A DNA stretch of 64,000 nucleotides from Caecitellus pseudoparvulus. Taxonomy: Eukaryota > Protista > Bigyra: Bicosoecida. The DNA lies in contig CBFFRQ010000200.1 in the NCBI GenBank assembly GCA_965644315.1, positions 1-64,000 of the forward strand, given 5' to 3'. Below the pieces are notes generated by a model. That model was not told where the DNA came from. It made no database searches and worked only from the letters and a program-made list of their open reading frames with translations. The position numbers and the translations under genes were made by a program. Below are positions 1 to 8,769 of this stretch, one piece after another (within the stretch, counting starts at the first letter, position 1; each line of letters starts with the position of its first letter).

Positions 1-250
1 GTGAGTGCCCGGCTGCCATGCGCTTGGCACCCACATCATGTTGAGGCCGCGCCGCGGCTTGCTGGTGGCGCTTGCGTTCAAGGCGAGTAGTTCGAGCTTC
101 TGAAGCCAGCCGCTCCTGAACCTCACGAAGCCGTTGGACTTGTGCTTCTTTGTACGCCTTCATCCGCCTGCGACGACAATGGACCATATGGCCGCCAAGA
201 GCTCGTTCGTCGTCGAACTCCTTGTTGCAGAGCTTGCAGCGGGCGCTCAT
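1..250 (-). CDS. N-terminus of a zinc-finger protein, possible transposase, running off the window
   Basis: Not in the ORF track. Hand translation from ATG 250: MSARCKLCNKEFDDERALGGHMVHCRRRRMKAYKEAQVQRLREVQERL..., open to base 1. Pattern C-x2-C-x3-F-x5-L-x2-H-x2-HC resembles a C2H2/C2HC finger. Confidence 0.6.
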   Translation of the reverse strand, partial: MSARCKLCNKEFDDERALGGHMVHCRRRRMKAYKEAQVQRLREVQERLASEARTTRLERKRHQQAAARPQHDVGAKRMAAGHS

Positions 251-541
251 TCTGAGTCTTCTGTAGCGTGAGGGCACCGGCGGAGTTCCGTTGCTTGCGT
301 TGGCGCCCCTACCGTACGTACGCAACGCGCACAGCGAGGCGAGAACGCAACACAATGCCAGGCAGCCGTAGCATCTTCATGTTGGTCGTTGGTGTGTGTT
401 GGGCTGTGGGCATTGAAGGCGCCTTGCAACCTCGTCCAGTGCATTTCCAGTCTGTCTCGACATTCCACCGTTGCATGTACTTTCAGACCCACCAAGTCCT
501 CAGATACGCTTTTTGTTGCACACCCACCCCAACCATTCACC

Positions 542-2583
542 ATGTCACTTCACTTTGATGAAATGGGCTCTGACAGCGAGGATGCAGGGGACACAACGGC
601 AAGTGTCGTGGCTTCGTTAAGTATCGCCACACCCCTCGAGGCTGCACACCTCTTCAACCGCAGCACGGCTGCCAAAGCTGTGATGGCCGGGAAACGTCGA
701 CGGGATGTTGTGCTTTGGGCATCTCACCCTGGCAACTGCACTGGGTCCGTCGTTGGGGTGCCTGACGTTCTGGAGGGTAATGGTACGTACTGGTTCGCGC
801 CACAGGATCGACGCCCGTGCAGCGCCTCCCCACCCCACCCTAGCATCATGTGCAGGTGATGCCAACGCACTCACATGCCTTGATGACAGGGAGCTATTCG
901 GCACAGCTAGGGGCGGTTCTAGTGCTGCCATTGCGGCTCGTACGTACCTGCTCTGCAGTCACGGTAGCCACAGCGTTCTAACGGCCACTGCTAAGCTTCG
1001 TTGGACCGGACCAATCCCGCTCCCCTTCCCCAGAAGCCTTCGCCGCAAATACAATGGCGAGCTGCAGACCGATCAAGGCACCAAGGCCGCTTGACCTTGC
1101 TGAGAAGCTTGAATCGGCGAAGGAGCTGCTTGAGTCTATTGGCACGCCCAGCGAGAAACGTCTCATCGAGTTGTTGAACGAGGTTTTCGTTTGGAGCGCA
1201 AACACCATGTCCCTTGTCCAACTCTCACTTGGCCTGGGGCAATTCAGAACTTCACAGGTAGTGGGTATGGTTGGTCCACTAACGCAGAAGCAGGAAGCAA
1301 AGAACTCCAAGAAACGTGGAGCTCGTGGGGGAGACCAGCTGGGTGAACTCTTAGAGCCCGTGGGGGCGCAGACTCAATCCCATGGCCCCGAAAGTTCAGG
1401 GCAGAAGCCCGCCGCATCGTGGTCGACCTCATCCTCGAGAACCCTTCGTTCATCTTGGCAGACCCCGAGAACCTGGTAGACACACTACGAGCAGCCATCG
1501 AGGCAGTTGAGGCCGAGCAGAACGTTGCCCGAGAGGTGGCTGGAGCCACAGAGGAAGGGGGAGATGGGGTGCCGGTTGGAGCACAAGCCACGAGCCGGGC
1601 TCTAGACGACCCTAGGTTCTCAGCACCGTGGAAGTTCAAATGCCTCGAAAACGTGATAGCAGCAGCGAGGAAGGTTTCGATACAGAAGGAGCTTACCGAG
1701 CGGGGTGGCGTGCTTTGCGCGCTGAAGGACATGGCGAAGAGCAGCAAGAGTGCGAGTTACGCCGGGCTGAAGGCCGCCATGAGCAATGTCAGGAGCAAGT
1801 GCCGCGCCAAAATCACGAGGTGAGTGCCCAGAGGACTCCTTCCGAGTCCGTGGAGCGCAGCATAGCAGACTTCTGAGCATTGCGCAGTTCGGAATGCCTA
1901 GGAAAGTTCGAACCGTGGCACGAGATGCAGAGGAAGTACGAGCCAGTCCATGAGAAGTGCACCGGAGGTGCAAGCATTCAGCTTGACCACGACCCAGCCT
2001 TCTTCGAGGTGTCTTCCGAGGACCCTGAGTACCGCCACAGTTGGGTGCCCAAGGTAAGTATGTGTGTGAGTCTAGACCCGCACAGGTGATGCTGGGCCCG
2101 AATGCTCCTTTCTCATGCATTCTCTTTGTGCCACAGGCTGAGAGGGGCAAAAAAAGGGCTGATCGATCAAGGCACCGCCTGTGCTTGCAGGAAGTCAACG
2201 TTGCCCGTGAGGCCATCGTCAATCATACCACCATCAAGGCTGTTTTCAAACGCCGGGGATCCGAGGACTCCAGTAGCGGCCCCCGTTTCGACCCCAGCTT
2301 CAGGCGTTTGGAAGCGGCGCTCAGTGGCCCAGAAGATGTGGCAAAAGGGGCCAGGATTGTCTTACGATGGATGGAGGCTGCGTACAACGTTGCTGTCGAC
2401 TGCTTGAACGTGAAGAACAAGCAGTGGGTGACTGATTGTGGGGACCTGAGCAGCCTGACCGTTGACGACAAGGTGCGTGCGTGCTGTATGTTGGCCATGC
2501 TGTGGACGTCGTTACGCATGAAGCACCACGTACAGACGGAGATGGCCGTGCTTACGCACAAAATTGTGTCCAGGATAACCTGA
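542..2583 (+). CDS. Multi-exon hypothetical protein, probable transposon accessory ORF
   Basis: ATG 542. Frame-consistent introns 783-855 and 940-1033; further GT-AG introns 1820-1887 and about 2054-2137; junction near 1258-1400 unresolved. Joins ORFs 389/705/1054/1419/1880/2041. No recognisable catalytic motif. Confidence 0.55.
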
Positions 2584-2693
2584 CATGCCCTCCCTCGACC
2601 TGGCGCCGAGCCATCCGTGCTGAAGCTACTTCATTGTTCTTCAGGTTGTCAAGGTGTGTTTCAATGCAATCGATTCACGGCAGACCGAACTTG

Positions 2694-2909
2694 TTGCGCT
2701 AGCGAAGAATGTACTACTAGGAAAAATGTCCAGCTGGGCGGTGCGCTAGTAGTGCGCTGGGCGGCCCTCCGTACTAGTAGCGCCTCGCCCAGCGAAATTT
2801 ACTAGTACCGAGCACAACCACCCCCGCTCACTAGTGTGCCTCTGGGCATGCATTCTCACTAGCATTGCAGTCGCCCCACTCACTTCACTAGCGCAAAATT
2901 GAGCTCTAG
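2694..2909. repeat. Phased array of CTAG-core motifs with 28-29 bp period and embedded inverted repeats
   Basis: CTAG starts at 2699, 2717, 2746, 2774, 2802, 2831, 2859, 2888, 2906 (spacings 18,29,28,28,29,28,29,18). ttgcgctag 2694-2702 is the reverse complement of ctagcgcaa 2888-2896; cgctgggcg 2755-2763 pairs with cgcccagcg 2786-2794. Confidence 0.85.
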
Positions 2910-3105
2910 AAAAAAAACACTCTTCAAACTCTCCTTACAGAGCGCGCTCAGGTGACGGTTCGCACTCCCACGATCGAACGCGCGAGCACTTGTCCGTACC
3001 TCGCCCCGCAGCCTTCCATCCAAATCAATCCTACCCCCCTATCCAGACGAAGGTGCTCTGCCATACTCCCTGTGTTGTTCCGCCCCCGCGACGCTGCACC
3101 CCGCC

Positions 3106-4917
3106 ATGCCGCGCGCCAGCCGGCACGCTGCTGCTGCTTCACTTGCAGCAGCCTGCGTGCTGTCCAGCTGCTTGGCAGCCAACGCTGCACGGCTCCCAGG
3201 CCCTATCCAGAACGTCATTGTTGTGATGTTCGAAAATCGAGCCTTCGACCACTACCTGGGCGCCATGGCACTCAACGACAGCCGCATTGCCGTGAGATGC
3301 TCAGTGATGGGGAAGTGCACTGCACCTGCACACACCTGCACTCCCCTGCACGTCACAGGGGCTGAAGCCAGGCAAGCAATACAGCAACCCGATTGACCCG
3401 CAAGACCCGTCCAAGGGCACTGTTCCCGTCTCTTTCAACGCAAGCTTCGTCACCCCGGACCCCTGCCACAGCGTTTCCTGTGCGACCCTGGCCCACGCTG
3501 CGCCGCCCCGACGCTCGTGCACCGCACTGCCGCTCTGCTGCACCACAGGCATGAACCAGCAGATTTTCGGTGCAGACCATAACACAGGTGTAGCAAGCAT
3601 GGATGGGTATGCTGCCTCGGCTGCTGCGCACCACATCCCCCCAAACGCCGCCATGGACGTCTTCACCCCCGATCGCGTGCCTGTGCTGAGCACACTGGCG
3701 AAGGAGTACGCGATGTTTGACGACTTCCGGTGCAGCCTGCCAGGCCCCACCTTTCCCAACCGCATGATGTTCCACGCCGCCACGACCAACGGCTCGTGCG
3801 ACGACTGTGGCGACATCTGGCAGTGCGTGGAGGGCTTCCCGGCCAAGCCGCTGTACTACCACCTCTCCAACGCCAACATCTCCTGGGGCATTTACATGGA
3901 GGAGGTGCCAGACACGATTCTGTTTTCCTGGATGCGGTCTGCAGAAAACCTGGCCCACACGCACTTCATGGGCGAGTTCAAAAAGCACTTGGCAGAGGGT
4001 ACGCTTCCCCAGTTCAGCTTCATCAACCCAGCATTCTACGGGCTGGGAGAGTCCTTCCCGGCCAGCGATCAACACCCCAGCCATGATGTGGTGACGGGAG
4101 GTGCGTGCGCACACGTGCAGGCGCCCACTGCGTCGCTTGACTCTCCCCAGTCGCCCCCCTCGCAGAGGCGCTGATGAAGAGCATCTACGAAGACTTGCGC
4201 GGCAGCCAGTACTGGGAGCAGTCCCTGCTCATCATCACCTACGACGAGAGTGGGGGCTTCTGGGACAGCAGCCCAACGCCCCTGACGGGTGTGCCCAGCC
4301 CGGATGGCTTGGACTGCCCAGCTCCCAACGCATTCGACTTCCAGCGAGCAGGCATCCGCATCCCCACTGTGGCCATTTCCCCCTGGATCGCACGCGGCAC
4401 GGTCGTGAGCCAGCCGCCACCCAGTGCCAAGCCCACGCCCACCAGCTTCTACGAGCTCACCTCCGTGTACGGCACGCTGGCCAAGGTGTGGGGCCTGCCC
4501 CACATGACCAAGCGTGACGCCTGGGCCGCCACCTTCGAGCACCTGTGGACCAACACCTCCGCGCCGCGCTCAGACTGCCTGGAGAGCCTGCCGGAGCCGC
4601 CCCTGCAGGAGGCCTACGCTGCTCGCCGCGCTGGTCTGGCGCCCATGCACGGCGACGCTCCCCTGAACGACCTGCAGAAGGCCTTCATCCGCCTGGCCAG
4701 CAGTGTCACGCTGCCGGGGCAGAGCGCGGAGGAAGCGGTGCTGGAGGCCACCGCCGCCCAGGCACTGGAGAACGAGCGCCTGGGGTCGCTGTACGTGCGT
4801 GACCGCATGGCTCGCCTCATGGGGCGCTCTGCCCACGAGAACCCCAGCCACCCTAACCACGCCGCCTACCTCGCGTCGGTGGTGTCGGCTGACGCAGGAC
4901 TGGGCGAGGACGTGTAA
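3106..4917 (+). CDS. Phosphoesterase family / non-specific phospholipase C (NPC-like), secreted
   Basis: Signal-peptide-like N-terminus; motifs IVVMFENRAFDHYLG, DPCH, PGPTFPNR, DQHPSHD, ITYDESGGFWD, GIRIPTVAISPWI. Frame-consistent introns 3292-3358, 3480-3548, 4101-4165. Confidence 0.92.
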
Positions 4918-5055
4918 AATGCAAACGTGTCACGCGAATGTGTTGTGCGAGTCAGTCATGTTCCGTGCTCCGCTCAAGCGCCTGCTCGTGAGGCGCCAGC
5001 GAAGCTCAGCACCACCGGCACCAGTCTCGTGGACACGCTTCGCCTGGAACACAAG

Positions 5056-6684
5056 ATGGCAGCTGCTGAAGAGGCGAAGACGGTGGTGGGGTTCCTTGGG
5101 TGGGGTGAAATCGGCAGCAGCGTCGGCCGCCTCTACGACGACAAGGACATGCCCGTTCGGAAGCGCGACGTGTTTCAGGTGAGCGGCGTTTCGGCAGTGA
5201 AACGCCGCTCAGCCGCTGCGCGACGTTTCGAGCCTGTCCCGCCCCCTGTGCAGGGCCTCGCGGACGACTTCAGCGACGTAAATGTTATTCACATTGCCAT
5301 TCCGTTCATCAACTTGGAGCAGTTCCAGAACCACGGCCCGCCTCCCAAAAGCGCCCCTGGCATCATTCCCACTCTGCGAGACTGCCACCCCACCAGCCGC
5401 ATCCTTGTCATCATCCACTCGACAACTCCTCCCGGAACGGTCACAGCAACAGCTGCTGCGCTTCAGGCGGCAGATGCAGCGCTGGCTGCCCGCTGTGACA
5501 TCGTCCACGTGCCCGTGCGCGGGAAGCACCCCAACCTCACTGCCGGCCTGCACGACTTCACGAACTACATCGGTGGCGTGACGCCTGCAGCCTCAGCCGC
5601 CGCCAAGGCACACCTGTCCCAGCTGGGCATTCCCCTGCAAGTCTTCGCCAGCGCTGAGACGACTGAGGTGGCGAAGATTCTCTCCACCACCTACTTCGGC
5701 GTGTGCGTGGCGTGGTCCCAGGAGATGAAGGAGCTGTGTGAGGCGTACGGCGTGGACTACGCAGAGGCCGCCGTGGCGTGGAACGAAAGCATCAATGCGG
5801 GGTACGTCGCTGACGGGCGCAGCTACTTCCAGCGCCCGGTGCTGAAGCAGCTCAGCATGCCCATCGGCGGGCACTGTGTCGGCCCCAACGCGCGCCTGCT
5901 GCGCCAAGTCAAGCCTGACTCGCTGGGCGTGCAGCTCGTCTTGAAGTACTCCGAAGACAAGGCACACGTGACGGCTGGGCGTAGCGAAGCGGACATGCTG
6001 GCAGCTGGCATCGGAGTGGCATCTGCACCTGCACCGGTCAAGCCCGCCACAGGTGCTGCCAGCGCTATCGCAGACTCGGCCAGCATCCATGCAAGTGCAG
6101 TGGTGGACAAGGGTGCTGTCGTGGGCGCTGGTACCAAGGTGTGGCACTTCACACACGTCATGGGCTCTGCCGTGCTGGGCAAGGAGTGTGTGCTGGGGCA
6201 GAACGTGTTCATCGGCGGCGGGGTGCACGTGGGGGACCGCGTGAAGATCCAGAACAATGTGTCTGTGTACACTGGCGTGACCTTGGAGGATGACGTGTTC
6301 CTGGGGCCCTCCTGTGTTCTGACAAATGACCTCTTTCCCCGGGCAAACCCGCCTGACGGGGAGTGGACGGTGTCGCCCACTGTGCTGCGTGTGGGGGCAT
6401 CCGTAGGCGCCAACGCCACCATCGTGTGTGGCAACGTCGTCGGTCGCTACAGCATGGTGGGCGCAGGCGCCGTCGTCACGCGCGACGTGCCGGACCACGC
6501 CCTCATGGTCGGCAACCCAGCCAAGCAAATCGGCTGGGTGTCCAGAGGTGGTTGCAAGCTGGACCTTCCCGTCACCACTGAGGTTCTGCTGCATGCCACC
6601 TGCCCTCGCACTGGTGCTGTCTATGCCCTGACGCCGGAAGGCGTGCTGGTGCAACAGGCAACCACAGCCCAAGCCAGCGCATGA
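5056..6684 (+). CDS. Fusion: UDP-sugar 6-dehydrogenase (WbpA/WecC-like, lacking C-terminal domain) + hexapeptide-repeat N-acetyltransferase (WbpD/WlbB-like)
   Basis: GFLGWGEIG Rossmann motif, HSTTPPGT, AETTEVAK, catalytic PIGGHCV; then IHASAVVD...KVWHFTHV...LGQNVFI...KIQNNVSVY...TNDLFPR...VGNPAKQIGWVS. Probable in-frame 75-nt intron 5179-5253. Confidence 0.88.
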   Translation: MAAAEEAKTVVGFLGWGEIGSSVGRLYDDKDMPVRKRDVFQVSGVSAVKRRSAAARRFEPVPPPVQGLADDFSDVNVIHIAIPFINLEQFQNHGPPPKSAPGIIPTLRDCHPTSRILVIIHSTTPPGTVTATAAALQAADAALAARCDIVHVPVRGKHPNLTAGLHDFTNYIGGVTPAASAAAKAHLSQLGIPLQVFASAETTEVAKILSTTYFGVCVAWSQEMKELCEAYGVDYAEAAVAWNESINAGYVADGRSYFQRPVLKQLSMPIGGHCVGPNARLLRQVKPDSLGVQLVLKYSEDKAHVTAGRSEADMLAAGIGVASAPAPVKPATGAASAIADSASIHASAVVDKGAVVGAGTKVWHFTHVMGSAVLGKECVLGQNVFIGGGVHVGDRVKIQNNVSVYTGVTLEDDVFLGPSCVLTNDLFPRANPPDGEWTVSPTVLRVGASVGANATIVCGNVVGRYSMVGAGAVVTRDVPDHALMVGNPAKQIGWVSRGGCKLDLPVTTEVLLHATCPRTGAVYALTPEGVLVQQATTAQASA

Positions 6685-6801
6685 GGCAGATCAGGGGTTG
6701 GCGCAAATCCAGTACGTAGGCCACGACCGCTACACGTTTGTCACAGCACTTGTGGCACACTCTTTGTGTTGACAGTGTGCGAGCACGCATCAGGGTATAC
6801 C

Positions 6802-8684
6802 ATGGCGCGGGGCCGCAGCGCTCAGAAGCGCTCTCGCAGGTTCGTCTGCGGATTTTGGGCCGCCACCCTGCGCCGATTCGCCTCACAGCTGTGCTGCCCC
6901 CTTGAGCACAGGCGTAGATTGAAGTATGCAGATGAGGTTTTCTCAAAGACTCACAGCTACTCCATAGCTGCCAGCCGGGCTTCCAATGCTTGCTCGCGCA
7001 GCTTGACGAGGTTCGTGTCAGCGCCCGTTAACCCCCGCAGCCTGCCTTCTCACCGCGCCCTCGCACATAACCCGACCTGCCTCTGCTCAGCTTCTTCTCG
7101 GGCGTGTATGATTTCTTCTTTGCTGATGATGTGGCTGTGCAGACGGCCGCAGAGCTCAGTGCACTGCGAGCAGAGGTGGCTCGACTTCAGGCCGCACAGG
7201 CCGACACGCACAAGGCTGTGCTGGGCGTGGCTGACACCTTGGCGGGCGTGCAGGCCTCTCTCGCAGCGACCAGGTCATCCTCCGAAGCTGCAAGCACCTC
7301 CCCTTCCCCTGCACTCGTGGACAGCTTCCAAGCGCCTGCCACCGTGACGTTCGCTGAACCCGCGGCAGCCAGCCCCATCCACACTGCTGCAGCACGGGCG
7401 CCAGAACAACCCAAGCCCAGTGTGACATTCAAGGCCTCTCCGCAGGACACCAGTGGGGGGTGGACGCCCGCGACGACGCGCAAACAGCGCCGCCGCATGC
7501 GTGCCCAGGCCATCGCAGCTCGCGAAGCGACGCCCTTCCCCACAGGCGGCTTCGGCACAGCCCTGCAGGTGACAGACGATAGCATCACAACCTCCCCCGC
7601 ACAGCGAGATGCCGGGACAGTTCCTGCCCAGCCCAACTTCGACTCTGTCAGCGCGGCAGAGGGCCGGCCAGCGCACCCTCTCTTGGCCGCCGGCCTCTCA
7701 GCCGGGTTGCTGCAGGCTGGCAAGGCAGGCCTCAAGAAGCAGCCCAGTGGGCAGATGACAGCGCCGACGGCGGCAGCCAGCCGCCCCGTGCACCCTCTGC
7801 TTGCGGCAGGTGGTGTGTCTGCAGCTGCGCTGAAGGGAGCGAGGGCTGGCCTGCGCAGTCAGCATGCGACTGCAGCCACCCGCCCAGCGACCGCCCGAGG
7901 TGGGGTGACGGCCGAGGCCCTGGCCTCTGCAAAGCAAGGCTTGCGGAAGGCGGTGTCCACTCTTCCCCGACCACGCAGTGGAGCGCAGCCCCGACCAACT
8001 ACCCAGGCAGCCCCTGTGCCAGCCTCCGTTCAGCCTGCCAAAAGCAGCCCGCCTCTGGGTGGCACGAAGCGGTCCTGGGCTGCCGTGGCGGGTGGGTCTG
8101 ACGTGCAGCAGGGACCGAAGGCACCTGCAAAGGCGGCAACAGGCCCTGCCGTGCGGTGCTCGGAGCCAGTGCGTGTCGCAGCGACAGCTCCAGTGCGCCT
8201 GCCGCCGCCTCCTTCGCGTGGCTTTGGCGCGGCAGACTTGCTGGCGGCCAGGTCTGGCCTGCGCAAGGCACCAGTGGATGCGCACCGAGCCAAGCGCAAG
8301 AAGGTAGACAGCGCGCACCCTATGCAGGCAGCGCTGGAGCGGCGCTTCAAGGCCATGCACGGCCGGGCTGTGGACGACACGGTCGTGGACTCGCCCGCCA
8401 GCAACGGCTCTGGGTGGGAGTCAGATGACGCCTCAGGCGCAGTGACACACGTGCAGTTCACGCACCGGCGAGTGATGCCTGCGCCATCCCCCCTCGTCAC
8501 CCGCTACGTCAACAAGGACCCCAAGACGCCCGCCTGGCGCAAGGGGCCCAGGCCCCACGGATCTCCCGACTTTCACCGCATGCCCCTGCAGGCTGTGCAA
8601 CCGGCGCAGACGCTGCTGAGCCCTGTGAAGGGCGGGCGGCGCCAGGCCCGGCCCAGACACACCAACGCCGCCATGCTGCGGTGA
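6802..8684 (+). CDS. Low-complexity protein with coiled coil and four WH2-like (L..A..GL[RK][KS]) repeats
   Basis: ATG 6802; frame-consistent introns 6840-6911 and 7011-7090. Repeats LLQAGKAGLKK, ALKGARAGLRS, ALASAKQGLRK, DLLAARSGLRK, followed by MQAALERRF. Confidence 0.6.
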
Positions 8685-8769
8685 AGCGCCGCCGACAATG
8701 CACGCAGTGCTGCCTTGTCCTCTACGTATGTGTTGATCGCAGTGCATTTGCTAAATCTGTGCCGTGTGC

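Larger units (their letters stand above)
1..2940. mobile_element. Probable DNA transposon end (CACTA/Plavaka-like by inference), truncated by the left window edge
   Basis: Visibly lower GC than the rest of the window. Contains a divergent pair of genes (a ZnF-starting ORF on -, an intron-rich hypothetical gene on +) and a dense phased/inverted CTAG repeat block at 2694-2909 just before host-like sequence resumes. The right boundary is approximate; the other end and TSD are not visible. Confidence 0.5.

Noticed and set aside
542-2583. Fanzor/TnpB nuclease with downstream omega-RNA
   Set aside because: No RuvC motifs or C-terminal CxxC zinc ribbon are visible in any exon.
2694-2909. CRISPR array
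   Set aside because: The conserved core is only 4-8 bp, there are no 23-47-bp direct repeats, no cas genes, and the context is eukaryotic.
2901-2917. Helitron 3' end (CTAG) or retroposon poly(A) tail
   Set aside because: CTAG is followed by A rather than T, there is no clear GC hairpin 10-15 nt upstream, the A-run is only 8 nt, and no RT or helicase sequence is visible.
5056-6684. Bacterial contamination or chimeric contig
   Set aside because: Host-like composition, a probable spliceosomal intron and tight flanking by intron-containing genes.
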